Part shown: positions 1 to 8,685 of the stretch, in pieces
Numbering within the stretch: the first letter of the stretch is position 1
Layout: the number at the start of each line of letters is the position of its first letter
Assembly: GCF_000006765.1 (NCBI RefSeq)
Contig: NC_002516.2
Direction: 5' to 3' (one strand)
Origin: Pseudomonas aeruginosa PAO1
GTDB lineage: Bacteria; Pseudomonadota; Gammaproteobacteria; Pseudomonadales; Pseudomonadaceae
Length of the DNA: 64,000 nucleotides
The notes under the pieces: generated by a model
What the model saw: only the letters and a program-made list of their open reading frames with translations
The model's database searches: none
What the model was told of the DNA's origin: nothing
Made by a program: the position numbers and the translations under genes

Positions 1-39
1 TACAAGAAGGACGCGCGTTTCAGCGACATGCTCGACTGA
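1..39 (+). CDS. 3' end of upstream gene (YKKDARFSDMLD*); by recalled synteny the beta-ketoacyl synthase PA5174/FabY
   Basis: Open frame from base 1 to TGA 37-39 followed by a terminator; identity from synteny only. Confidence 0.45.
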   Translation, partial: YKKDARFSDMLD

Positions 40-54
40 GCGCCGCCACAACGG

Positions 55-81
55 AAAAGGCCCGGCTAGACCGGGCCTTTT
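55..81. terminator. Bidirectional intrinsic terminator
   Basis: AAAAGGCCCGG-ctaga-CCGGGCCTTTT between convergent genes. Confidence 0.85.
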
Positions 82-85
82 CGTT

Positions 86-907
86 TCAGTGCAGCGCGCG
101 CGCCAGTTGGATCAGCTCGCTGCGCCACTCGGCGGCGCGCGGCAGGGCCAGGAAGGAGCCGTTGAGGTAATCCTCGCGCGGCTCGTAGGTGAATGGCGCA
201 CCATGCAGGTCGAGCACCTCGCCGCCGGCGCCTTCCAGCACACCCTGGGCGGCGGCCGTGTCCCATTGCGAGGTTGGCGTCAGGCGCGGATAGCAGTCGG
301 CAGCGCCCTCGGCCAGCAGGCAGAACTTCAGCGAACTGCCGATGCTGGCTCGCCGCAGGTCGCCGAAGCGCTCGCTCAAGCCATCCAGCAGGCGCTCCTG
401 GGCCGGGCTGCCATGGCGCTTGCTGGCCACCACGGTGAAGGCCTCCTCGGGCTCCAGGCGCACACTGATCGGTTGCGCGCGGCCATCGGCCTCCTCGCGC
501 CAGGCACCGAGACCGGCGCCACCGTAGTAGCAGCGGCCGCTCACCGGCACGCCGACCAGGCCGAACAGCACCCGGCCATCCTCGACCAGGGCCACGTTGA
601 CGGTGAACTCCTCGCTACCGGAGATGAACTCCTTGGTGCCGTCCAGCGGGTCCACCAGCCACCAGCGCCGCCAGTGGCCGCGCTCGCTCAGCGGTATCTC
701 GCAATCCTCTTCGGAAAGCACCGGAATGTCCGGCGCCAGCGCCCGCAATCCCGCCTCCAATATATGGTGCGCGGCCAGGTCGGCGGCAGTCACCGGCGAT
801 TCGTCGGCCTTCGAGCGCACCACCACGTCGGCGCGCCAGTGCGGCAGGATCGCCTCGCCGGCGCGCCGCACCAGCGCCACCAATTCGCCCCAAGGCACCG
901 GCCTCAT
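86..907 (-). CDS. cysQ: 3'(2'),5'-bisphosphate nucleotidase CysQ, 273 aa
   Basis: Inositol monophosphatase-family motifs SEE, WLVDPLDGTKEF, WDTAA; ATG at 907 overlaps the nudE stop (ATGA). Confidence 0.95.
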   Translation of the reverse strand: MRPVPWGELVALVRRAGEAILPHWRADVVVRSKADESPVTAADLAAHHILEAGLRALAPDIPVLSEEDCEIPLSERGHWRRWWLVDPLDGTKEFISGSEEFTVNVALVEDGRVLFGLVGVPVSGRCYYGGAGLGAWREEADGRAQPISVRLEPEEAFTVVASKRHGSPAQERLLDGLSERFGDLRRASIGSSLKFCLLAEGAADCYPRLTPTSQWDTAAAQGVLEGAGGEVLDLHGAPFTYEPREDYLNGSFLALPRAAEWRSELIQLARALH

Positions 908-1470
908 GCCTGGTACTCGCCGCGCTGGGTGAGCAGGTCGCGCACCAGGTACAGCGCGGCCAGGGCACGGCCTTCGCTGAACTGGGCGTGCTGGGCCAGG
1001 CTCGAGAGTTCGCGCAGGCTGATGCGATCGACGCTCATCGGCTCCGGCTCGTCGCCCGGCAGGCGCTCCTCGTAGAGGTCGCGCGCCAGCACCACCTGGA
1101 TGCGCTGGCTCATGTAGCCCGGCGACAGCGACAGTTCGGTGATGTGCTCCAGTTGCCGGGCACCGTAGCCCGCTTCCTCCTTGAGTTCGCGGTTGGCCGC
1201 CGCGAGGATGTCCTCGCCCGGCTCGACCAGGCCCTTGGGCAACGACAACTGGTATTCGTCGACTCCGGCGCAATATTCCTCCACCAGCACCGCGTGCTCG
1301 GCATCGAGCATGGCCACCACCATCACCGCACCGTAGCCCTGGCCCTTGCCGACCAGACGCTCGTAGGTGCGCTCGACGCCATTGCTGAAGCGCAGTTGCA
1401 ACTCCTCGACATCGAACAGTCGGCTCTTCGCGACGATCTCGCTGGCGAGTACGGTGGGTTTCTGACGCAT
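904..1470 (-). CDS. nudE: ADP compounds hydrolase NudE, 188 aa
   Basis: Nudix box GLVEPGEDILAAANRELKEEAG; start reassigned to MRQKPTVL. Confidence 0.92.
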   Translation of the reverse strand: MRQKPTVLASEIVAKSRLFDVEELQLRFSNGVERTYERLVGKGQGYGAVMVVAMLDAEHAVLVEEYCAGVDEYQLSLPKGLVEPGEDILAAANRELKEEAGYGARQLEHITELSLSPGYMSQRIQVVLARDLYEERLPGDEPEPMSVDRISLRELSSLAQHAQFSEGRALAALYLVRDLLTQRGEYQA

Positions 1471-1595
1471 GTGGATAACTCCTTGGCGAAGCCGGCGGGT
1501 TATCATACCCCGGCTTTTCCGATTATCCCTGTCGGAGATTGATGGGAAGCGACAGATTTCCGCATCGATCGCGACGAACCGCGACAAGAGCCGCC

Positions 1596-2261
1596 ATGCC
1601 CACCCTGCCCTGGTCCGCCATCGACACCGTGCTGCTCGACATGGACGGCACCCTGCTCGACCTGCACTTCGACAACCACTTCTGGCTGGAACACCTGCCC
1701 CAGCGCTATGCCGAACGCAACGGCCTGAGTCGCACCGAAGCCGACGCCGTGCTCGAGCCGCTGTTCCGCGAACACGCCGGCCAGCTCAACTGGTACTGCC
1801 TGGATTTCTGGAGCCGGGAACTGGACCTGTCGATCCGCGAACTCAAGCACGAGGTGGCGCACCTGATCTCGCTGCGTCCGCACGCCGATACCTTCCTCGC
1901 CGCCCTGCGCCGGGCCGGCAAGCGCGTGGCGCTGATCACCAACGCGCACCGCGACTCGCTGTCGCTGAAGCTGGAACGGATCGAACTGGCGCCCTATTTC
2001 GACCGACTGATCAGCTCCCACGACTACGGCTACCCGAAGGAGGACGCGCGCTTCTGGAGCGCCCTGCAAGCCGATTTCGGCTTCGACCCGCAGCGCAGCC
2101 TGTTCATCGACGACAGCCTGCCGATCCTGCGCAGCGCCCGCGCCTATGGTGTCGCCCACCTGTTGGCGGTACGCCACCCGGACAGCCGTGGCCAGGTCCG
2201 GGACACCGAGGAGTTCGCCGCCCAGGAGGACTACCGGCGGCTGCTCGAAGGACTGCCGTAG
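1596..2261 (+). CDS. yrfG: HAD-family GMP/IMP nucleotidase (YrfG-like), 221 aa
   Basis: DMDGTLLD motif I, ITN motif II, K and FIDDS motifs; divergent from nudE as in E. coli. Confidence 0.88.
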   Translation: MPTLPWSAIDTVLLDMDGTLLDLHFDNHFWLEHLPQRYAERNGLSRTEADAVLEPLFREHAGQLNWYCLDFWSRELDLSIRELKHEVAHLISLRPHADTFLAALRRAGKRVALITNAHRDSLSLKLERIELAPYFDRLISSHDYGYPKEDARFWSALQADFGFDPQRSLFIDDSLPILRSARAYGVAHLLAVRHPDSRGQVRDTEEFAAQEDYRRLLEGLP

Positions 2262-2274
2262 CCGCGGAAACGAA

Positions 2275-2297
2275 AACCCCGCCACGCGGGCGGGGTT
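2275..2297 (-). terminator. Intrinsic terminator for the LysM/BON gene
   Basis: AACCCCGCC-5nt-GGCGGGGTT; T-run follows on the minus strand. Confidence 0.7.
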
Positions 2298-2312
2298 GGC
2301 GAAACGCCGGGA

Positions 2313-2750
2313 TCACTCGGGAATGCGCAGGACCTGGCCGGGGTAGATCTTGTCCGGATGGCTGAGCATCGGCTTGTTGGCCTCGAAGATCTTCATGTAG
2401 GCGTTGGCATTGCCGTATTCGGCCTTGGCGATGGCGCTCAGGGTGTCGCCTTTCTTCACGGTGACGAAGCGCGCCTCCGGAGCGGCCTGGGCCACGGTGA
2501 TCTTGTCTTCCACCGAGGAGACGCCGGCGACGTTGCCCAGCGCCAGCAGGATCTTCTCTTTCTCCTCCTGGCTGGCCACCTCGCCCGAGGCGATGACCTT
2601 GTCGCCTTCCACCGAAACCTGGATGTTCGGGTTGCCCAGGCCGACCTTGGCGACGTGCTCCTTCAGCGACTCGGCCGCCTGTGCCTCATGCCCCGTCAGC
2701 GTATCCCACAGCTTTTCACCGGCTTCCTTCACGAACGCGAAAATACCCAT
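2313..2750 (-). CDS. BON-LysM protein (Kbp/YgaU-like K+-binding protein), 145 aa
   Basis: MGIFAFVKEAGEKL N-terminus; BON domain; LysM VKKGDTLSAIAK...IYPGQVLRIP. Confidence 0.9.
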   Translation of the reverse strand: MGIFAFVKEAGEKLWDTLTGHEAQAAESLKEHVAKVGLGNPNIQVSVEGDKVIASGEVASQEEKEKILLALGNVAGVSSVEDKITVAQAAPEARFVTVKKGDTLSAIAKAEYGNANAYMKIFEANKPMLSHPDKIYPGQVLRIPE

Positions 2751-2818
2751 CTTTGGTTCTCCCTTTACGGTTACGGTTGCAAGCGGCCGGCGCAATCCCG
2801 ATCCGCGACTAGCCAAGT

Positions 2819-2845
2819 CTAGACTGCAAAAACCGGCGAAATATC
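2819..2845 (-). promoter_or_regulatory. Possible AlgU (sigmaE)-type promoter for the BON-LysM gene
   Basis: Minus strand GATATT-N16-TCTAG vs consensus GAACTT-N16/17-TCTNA; -35 matches only 4/6. Confidence 0.4.
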
Positions 2846-2923
2846 CCCAGGCTCCTTCGTCACCCCATAACACTGCGCCCATTCGCGTTAAGATTCGGCG
2901 ACACCCCCGCCACGGAAGCGCCG

Positions 2924-3805
2924 ATGGACATCAAGCAACTGAAATTCCTCTGCGCCCTCGACGAAACCCGCCACTTCGGCCAGGCCGCCGCGCGCTGCCA
3001 CGTCACCCAGCCGACCCTGTCCATGCGCCTGCGCAGCCTGGAGGAAGAACTCGGCCTGGAACTGGTGCGACGCAGCCAGCGCTTCGAAGGCTTCACCGAG
3101 GCCGGCGAGCGCGTACTGGCCTGGGCACGCAGCCTGCTGGCGGCCCAGGAAGGGCTGTACGCGGAAGCCGCCGCCTGCCGCGGGCAACTGGTCGGGACCC
3201 TGCGCCTGGGCGTGGTGCCGCTGGCCAGCTTCGACCCGATGCGCCTGGTCCAGCACATGGCCGGGCGCCACCCGGAGTTGCGTTTCCAGCTCTATTCCCT
3301 GAGTTCGGAACAGGTACTCGAAGGCCTGGCGCGCAACCAGTTCGATCTCGGCGTCTCTTATCTGGACCGTCTGGACCGCAGCCATTTCGAGGGCATCGAA
3401 CTGGCGGAGACCCGCATGGGCCTGCTCCATCACCCCAGCCATTTCCCGCTCGACGCCGCGCTGCTGAACTGGGAAGCGCTGGCTGGCCTGCCGCTAGGCC
3501 TGCTCTCGGCGGGCATGCACTTCCGCCAATCCATCGACCACAACTTCCGCAGCCGCGGGTTGAGCCCCATCGCGCGCCTGGAAACCGACTCGGTACAGCA
3601 ACTGCTGCAGGCGGTGCAGCGCGGCTTGTGCTGCGCGATCATGCCGCTGGGCAGCGAAGTCGACGGCGAGTTGCGCCTGATCCCCATCGAGGACGCCCAT
3701 ACCCTGGCAGCGCTCGGTCTGATCATCCGCAGCGGACAGCCGCGCTCGGCGCTGGCCGAAGCCTGTTTCGAGGAAGCCCGGAACTGGTTGGCGCCGCAGT
3801 CTTGA
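2924..3805 (+). CDS. LysR-family transcriptional regulator, 293 aa
   Basis: HTH HFGQAAARCHVTQPTLSMRLRSLEEELG. Confidence 0.93.
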   Translation: MDIKQLKFLCALDETRHFGQAAARCHVTQPTLSMRLRSLEEELGLELVRRSQRFEGFTEAGERVLAWARSLLAAQEGLYAEAAACRGQLVGTLRLGVVPLASFDPMRLVQHMAGRHPELRFQLYSLSSEQVLEGLARNQFDLGVSYLDRLDRSHFEGIELAETRMGLLHHPSHFPLDAALLNWEALAGLPLGLLSAGMHFRQSIDHNFRSRGLSPIARLETDSVQQLLQAVQRGLCCAIMPLGSEVDGELRLIPIEDAHTLAALGLIIRSGQPRSALAEACFEEARNWLAPQS

Positions 3806-3840
3806 TAGATCACGTCGATCAGCGCATCGGCACAACCGAT
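3805..3840. promoter_or_regulatory. Paired LysR-type boxes upstream of fdhD
   Basis: ATAGATCACGTCGAT (3805-3819) and ATCGG-cacaa-CCGAT (3826-3840); both fit T-N11-A, centres 21 bp apart. Confidence 0.5.
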
Positions 3841-3901
3841 TAGACGCTGCCCCGCGTCAGGCCTAGGCTGGTGCCACACCTAGAACGATAGGGCCCAGCC
3901 C

Positions 3902-4741
3902 ATGCCTTGCCAGCCTGCATGCCCGGTATCCGCGGATACCTGGGCGCCTTCCGCCGTTCCCGACGATTACCGCTACGCCGACCTGCACCTGCCGCAGCAG
4001 GTCGGCCAGGCCTCCCTTGCCGCCGAGTGTGCCGTGGCGATCAGCTACAACGGACTGAACCAGGCGGTGATGATGGCCTCGCCCGAGGACATCGAGGATT
4101 TCGTCCGCGGTTTCAGCCTCAGCAGCGGCTTCGTGGAGTCCATCGACGACATCTATGAAATCCGCGTCAGCGGCCAGGGCGAATCCCTCCACGCCGAGGT
4201 CGAAATCAGCAGCCGCGCGTTCTGGAACCTCAAGCGCCAACGCCGGCAACTGGCCGGCACTTCCGGCTGCGGCCTGTGCGGCGTCGAAGCCCTGGAGCAG
4301 GCCCTGCCGCAACTGCCGGAACGGTCGCCGCAGGCGCTGCCTCCCGCCGCCCATCTCGGCGCCCTGCGCCAGCGTATCGAGCAGGCCCAGCGACTGGCGC
4401 GCCATAGCGGCGCCCTGCATGCCGCGCTGTATTTCGACGGGCATGGCGAGCTGCGCCTGTGTCGCGAGGACATCGGCCGCCACAACGCCCTCGACAAGCT
4501 GATCGGCGCCCTGCACCGCCAAGGCCTCGACGCCGCGCGCGGTTTCGCCGTGGTCACCAGCCGCTGCAGCCTGGAGCTTATCCACAAGGCCGTACGTGCC
4601 GGGATCGGCACCCTGGTCAGCCTCTCCGCCCCCACCGCCCTGACCGTGCAATGGGCGCGCCGCCACCAACTGAACCTGATCCACCAGCCCCATCACAACG
4701 CCCCGCGGGTCTACAGCCCGGCGCCGGCCGCAACCGAGTGA
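3902..4741 (+). CDS. fdhD: Formate dehydrogenase accessory sulfurtransferase FdhD, 279 aa
   Basis: SGCGLCG motif; REDIGRHNALDKLIG; TSRCSLELIHKA. Confidence 0.93.
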   Translation: MPCQPACPVSADTWAPSAVPDDYRYADLHLPQQVGQASLAAECAVAISYNGLNQAVMMASPEDIEDFVRGFSLSSGFVESIDDIYEIRVSGQGESLHAEVEISSRAFWNLKRQRRQLAGTSGCGLCGVEALEQALPQLPERSPQALPPAAHLGALRQRIEQAQRLARHSGALHAALYFDGHGELRLCREDIGRHNALDKLIGALHRQGLDAARGFAVVTSRCSLELIHKAVRAGIGTLVSLSAPTALTVQWARRHQLNLIHQPHHNAPRVYSPAPAATE

Positions 4742-4748
4742 GTCCGCC

Positions 4749-7070
4749 ATGAGCCTGCAACCTCTCCAACCCCGCTACAAGCCCTATGCCGGCGCCGCCG
4801 CCGGCTGGGGCGCGCTGCGCAGCGTGGCGCACTTCTGGCTGGACAGCAAACAGCCGTTCAAGAACCTCCGCGCCCTGCTCAAGACCAACCAGAACGGCGG
4901 TTTCGACTGCCCCGGCTGCGCCTGGGGCGACTCGCCGGAAGACGGCCGGGTGAAGTTCTGCGAGAACGGTGCCAAGGCAGTCAACTGGGAAGCCACCAAG
5001 CGCCGCGTCGACGCGGCGTTCTTCGCCCGCTACAGCGTCAGCGCCCTGCGCGAACAGAGCGACTACTGGCTGGAATACCAGGGCCGCCTCACCGGACCGA
5101 TGCGCTACGACCCGCTCAGCGACCACTACCAGCCGATCACCTGGGACGCCGCCTTCGCCCTGGTCGCCGAGCACCTGCGACGCCTGGATAGCCCCGACCA
5201 GGCGGAGTTCTATACTTCCGGGCGGGCCAGCAACGAGGCGGCCTACCTCTACCAGTTGTTCGTCCGCGCGTTCGGCACAAACAACTTCCCCGACTGCTCG
5301 AACATGTGCCACGAAGCCAGCGGCGTGGCACTGGGCCGCAGCGTCGGGGTCGGCAAGGGCAGCGTGACCTTCGACGACTTCGAACACGCCGACGCGATCT
5401 TCATCCTTGGGCAGAACCCCGGCACCAACCACCCGCGCATGCTCGAGCCGCTGCGCGAGGCAGTGAAGCGCGGTGCCCAGGTGGTCTGCTTCAACCCTCT
5501 CAAGGAGCGCGGCCTGGAGCGCTTCCAGCATCCGCAGAACGCGCTGGAAATGCTGACCAACGGGTCCTCGCCGCTGAACACCGCGTTCTTCCGTCCGGCA
5601 CTGGGCGGCGACATGGCGGCGATCCGCGGGATCGCCAAGTTCCTCCTCGCCTGGGAGCGCGAAGCCCAGGCCGAGGGTAGCGAGCCGGTATTCGACCACG
5701 CCTTCATCGCCGAGCACACCGACGGCCTCGAGGCCTACCTGGCCGAACTGGATGCCACCCCCTGGGAACACCTGGAGCGCCAGTCCGGGCTGAGCCTGGC
5801 GGAAATCGAGCAGGCTGCGCGGATGTACCGGCGGGCGAACAGGGTCATCGTCTGCTGGGCGATGGGCATCACCCAGCACCACCATTCGGTGGCGATCATC
5901 CAGGAAATCGTCAACCTGCAACTCCTGCGCGGCAACCTGGGCCGCCCGGGCGCCGGTCTCTGCCCGGTCCGCGGCCACAGCAACGTTCAGGGTGACCGCA
6001 CCATGGGCATCAACGAGCGGCCGCCGGCGGCGCTGCTCGACGCACTGGAACGGCGCTTCGGCTTCGAAGTGCCACGCCACAACGGGCACAACGCCGTCGA
6101 GGCGATCGCCGCGATGCTCGCCGGCAAGTCGAAGGTCTTCATCGGCCTGGGCGGCAATTTCGCCCAGGCCACCCCGGACAGTCCGCGCACCCACGCCGCC
6201 CTGGCGTCATGCGACCTGACCGTGCACATCAGCACCAAGCTCAACCGCAGCCACCTGACCACCGGCCGCGACGCACTGATCCTGCCCTGCCTGGGGCGCA
6301 CCGACATCGACCGCCAGGCCGAAGGCCCGCAGGCGGTCACGGTGGAAGACTCGTTCAGCATGATCCACGCATCCTACGGGCAACTGGAGCCGCTCTCGCA
6401 GCAGATGCGTTCGGAGCCGGCGATCATCGCCGGCATCGCCAAGGCAACCCTGGGCAACCATCCGGTGGACTGGGACGCGCTGATCGCCAACTACGAGCGC
6501 ATCCGCGAGCTGATCGCCGACACCATCCCCGGTTTCGCCGACTTCAACCGCCGCGTCCGCCATCCCGGTGGCTTCTACCTCGGCAACTCCGCCGGCGAAC
6601 GACGCTGGAACACCGCCAGCGGCAAGGCCAACTTCGTCGCCAACCCGCTGCCCCGCGACCTGTTGCCGGCACAGGTGCGCGACAGCGGCCTCGAACCCGA
6701 CCTGATCCTGCAGACCCTGCGCTCCCATGACCAGTACAACACCACCATCTACGGCCTGGACGATCGCTATCGCGGAGTGAAGGGCCAGCGCGAAGTGGTA
6801 TTCGCCAACGAGGCGGATATCCGCCGCCTGGGCTACCAGCCGGGCGACAAGGTCGACCTGGTCTCGCTGTGGAGCGATGGCATCGAACGCCGGGTACGCC
6901 GCTTCACCCTGCTCGCCTTCGACATCCCGGCCGGCCAGGCAGCCGCCTACTACCCGGAAACCAATCCCCTGGTGCCGCTGGAGAGCGTCGGCGTCGGCAG
7001 CCATACGCCGACTTCGAAGTTCATCGCGGTACGCCTGGAAAAGGCCACGGGCGACGGGCGCATTATCTGA
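4749..7070 (+). CDS. FdhF/YdeP-family molybdopterin oxidoreductase alpha subunit, 773 aa
   Basis: GFDCPGCAW..KFCENGAKA, DCSNMCHEASG, RGHSNVQGDRTMG, C-terminal RSHDQYNTTIYG. Confidence 0.9.
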   Translation: MSLQPLQPRYKPYAGAAAGWGALRSVAHFWLDSKQPFKNLRALLKTNQNGGFDCPGCAWGDSPEDGRVKFCENGAKAVNWEATKRRVDAAFFARYSVSALREQSDYWLEYQGRLTGPMRYDPLSDHYQPITWDAAFALVAEHLRRLDSPDQAEFYTSGRASNEAAYLYQLFVRAFGTNNFPDCSNMCHEASGVALGRSVGVGKGSVTFDDFEHADAIFILGQNPGTNHPRMLEPLREAVKRGAQVVCFNPLKERGLERFQHPQNALEMLTNGSSPLNTAFFRPALGGDMAAIRGIAKFLLAWEREAQAEGSEPVFDHAFIAEHTDGLEAYLAELDATPWEHLERQSGLSLAEIEQAARMYRRANRVIVCWAMGITQHHHSVAIIQEIVNLQLLRGNLGRPGAGLCPVRGHSNVQGDRTMGINERPPAALLDALERRFGFEVPRHNGHNAVEAIAAMLAGKSKVFIGLGGNFAQATPDSPRTHAALASCDLTVHISTKLNRSHLTTGRDALILPCLGRTDIDRQAEGPQAVTVEDSFSMIHASYGQLEPLSQQMRSEPAIIAGIAKATLGNHPVDWDALIANYERIRELIADTIPGFADFNRRVRHPGGFYLGNSAGERRWNTASGKANFVANPLPRDLLPAQVRDSGLEPDLILQTLRSHDQYNTTIYGLDDRYRGVKGQREVVFANEADIRRLGYQPGDKVDLVSLWSDGIERRVRRFTLLAFDIPAGQAAAYYPETNPLVPLESVGVGSHTPTSKFIAVRLEKATGDGRII

Positions 7071-7077
7071 AGCCCAT

Positions 7078-7111
7078 GAAAAACGCCGCCTCCTGCAACA
7101 GGAGGCGGCGT
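7078..7111 (-). terminator. 13-bp hairpin with T5 tract on the minus strand
   Basis: ACGCCGCCTCCTG-caa-CAGGAGGCGGCGT (7083-7111); minus strand continues TTTT; weak tract on plus. Confidence 0.8.
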
Positions 7112-7225
7112 CTTAAGGAAAAAGTCGATGAAAGGCCTTGAAGGCAGGCCGCTCGTCGGCGTTAGAATGGCCAGCATCCCGCCAGCAAAAATACCGATTT
7201 CGACCCTGAAATCGCGCTTCACATT
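7078..7225 (-). ncRNA. Candidate ~145-nt small RNA; probably the sRNA I recall as P34 (PA5181.1)
   Basis: Bounded by an AlgU-like promoter (7231-7257) and a minus-strand terminator; 5' end estimated. Confidence 0.6.
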
Positions 7226-7230
7226 CGGTC

Positions 7231-7257
7231 TACGACCGCCTCTACTTAAGAAAGTTC
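7231..7257 (-). promoter_or_regulatory. AlgU (sigmaE)-type promoter pointing left
   Basis: Minus strand GAACTT-N16-TCGTA; perfect -35. Confidence 0.65.
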
Positions 7258-7379
7258 CCCATACAAAACAAGTACTTGGAATATTTCGAATTTGCTCTAC
7301 CAATCGTCGGCTGGCGCTTGTCAGCGGTTTGGGCCAACCCCAGCATCGCAGCCGTCATCCCCACAGAGAGAAACTCTCT

Positions 7380-7895
7380 ATGAAGTATTCCTCGATACTC
7401 CTGTTGTCCCTGAGTCTGGTCGGTAGTACCGCCTTCGCAGGCGACGACACCCGCGCGGCCATCGGCGGCGCCTTGGGCGGGGTGTTGGGTTCGGTCGTCG
7501 GCGATGCGGTCGGCGGCAGCACTGGCGCCGCGATCGGTAGTGGCATCGGTGGCGCTGCGGGCGGTGCAGTCGGCGCCGGACGCGGCAACAAGACCGAAGC
7601 GGCGATCGGCGGCGGCCTCGGTGCCGCAGGCGGCAACGTCATCGGCCGGCAGATCGGTGGCAGCACCGGTGGCCTGATCGGCGCGGCCCTCGGCGGCGCC
7701 GGCGGCGGCGCGCTGGGCAACCATTATGGCGACGGCAACCGCCGCTACGACGACGATGACGACTACCGCGACCGTCGCTACTACCGCCGCGCCGGCTATC
7801 GCGATGGCTATTACCGGCATGACAACGGCCATCACTATGGCCAGTACAAGAAGTGGAAGCGCCACAAGCATCATCGTCGCTACTACGACGACTGA
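7380..7895 (+). CDS. Secreted glycine-zipper protein with Arg/Tyr/His/Asp-rich tail, 171 aa (PA5182-like)
   Basis: Signal peptide MKYSSILLLSLSLVGSTAFA; repeated GGALGG/GAAGGAVG units. Confidence 0.85.
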   Translation: MKYSSILLLSLSLVGSTAFAGDDTRAAIGGALGGVLGSVVGDAVGGSTGAAIGSGIGGAAGGAVGAGRGNKTEAAIGGGLGAAGGNVIGRQIGGSTGGLIGAALGGAGGGALGNHYGDGNRRYDDDDDYRDRRYYRRAGYRDGYYRHDNGHHYGQYKKWKRHKHHRRYYDD

Positions 7896-7915
7896 ACCCG
7901 CCGCTCCCTACGACG

Positions 7916-7945
7916 CAAAGGCCGGGCCGGATGGTCCGGCCTTTG
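7916..7945 (+). terminator. Intrinsic terminator
   Basis: CAAAGGCCGGGCC-ggat-GGTCCGGCCTTTG. Confidence 0.75.
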
Positions 7946-7993
7946 TGCGAACGACCGTATTTCCCTCCCGATTGAAACGATGAGGCACGCACG

Positions 7994-8401
7994 ATGCGTA
8001 AATCTCTCCTGGTAATCGCGTTCGGCCTGCTGAGCGCACAAGCCGCGCTCGCCGGCGACTCCACCAAGACCGCGGTGGGCGGCGGCGTAGGCGGTGCCCT
8101 GGGCAACGTCGTGGGCGGCGCCATCGGCGGTAGCACCGGTGCCGCCATAGGCGCCGGCCTGGGTGGCGCGGCCGGCGGCGCGATGACCGCCAAGGACGGG
8201 CGCAAGACCGAAGCCGCCCTGGGTGGCGGGCTAGGCGCGGCCGGCGGTTCGGTGATCGGCAACAAGCTGGGCGGCAGCACCGGCGCGACCATAGGTGCAG
8301 GCCTCGGCGGCGCAGCGGGTGGCGCGGTCGGTAACAACCTGGGCAAGGACAACGACAGCGGTCACCGCGGCAAGAAACACCGCAAGCACAAGCATCGTTG
8401 A
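7994..8401 (+). CDS. Secreted glycine-zipper protein with basic His/Lys tail, 135 aa (PA5183-like)
   Basis: Signal peptide ending AALA; paralog of the preceding gene (AGD.T..A.GG, KTEAA.GGGLGAAGG). Confidence 0.88.
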   Translation: MRKSLLVIAFGLLSAQAALAGDSTKTAVGGGVGGALGNVVGGAIGGSTGAAIGAGLGGAAGGAMTAKDGRKTEAALGGGLGAAGGSVIGNKLGGSTGATIGAGLGGAAGGAVGNNLGKDNDSGHRGKKHRKHKHR

Positions 8402-8426
8402 TCGGCATGCTTGCCGAAGCTGATGT

Positions 8427-8456
8427 GTAAAAGCCCCGCGAACGCGGGGCTTTTAC
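8427..8456. terminator. Bidirectional intrinsic terminator
   Basis: GTAAAAGCCCCGCG-aa-CGCGGGGCTTTTAC between convergent genes. Confidence 0.88.
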
Positions 8457-8469
8457 TTTCTACCGTTCG

Positions 8470-8685
8470 TCAGCCTTTCGGTGCCGTTTTCAACTCGTCG
8501 CGAACGATCAGGACGCCACGCGGCGCCTCGATCCCGACCCGGGCCTGGTTGCCGATGATATCGGTGACCAGGATCCGGATGCCGCCTTCGCGCAATTGCC
8601 GAATCAGTTCCTCCGCCGGGTAGTCGGCCTTGAGGGACAGGGTGATGCCTTCGCCTTCTCGGCGGGAGAGTATCAGGAAACCCAT
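8470..8685 (-). CDS. rsmN: CsrA/RsmA-family RNA-binding protein RsmN (RsmF), 71 aa
   Basis: LILSRREGEGI start, inserted helix, ARVGIEAP..LIVRDEL. Confidence 0.93.
   Translation of the reverse strand: MGFLILSRREGEGITLSLKADYPAEELIRQLREGGIRILVTDIIGNQARVGIEAPRGVLIVRDELKTAPKG

Noticed and set aside
4749-7070. Selenocysteine recoding in the formate-dehydrogenase-like enzyme
   Set aside because: Frame is open without an internal TGA; the active-site region reads CSNMCH
7272-7300. Plus-strand GTACTT...TCTAC as an AlgU promoter for the first glycine-zipper gene
   Set aside because: Spacer is 18 bp, outside the usual 16-17, and both boxes are imperfect
7380-8401. Repetitive GGCGGC/GGCGCG DNA resembling an array
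   Set aside because: Explained by Gly/Ala codons of glycine zippers; no fixed repeat-spacer pattern and no cas genes
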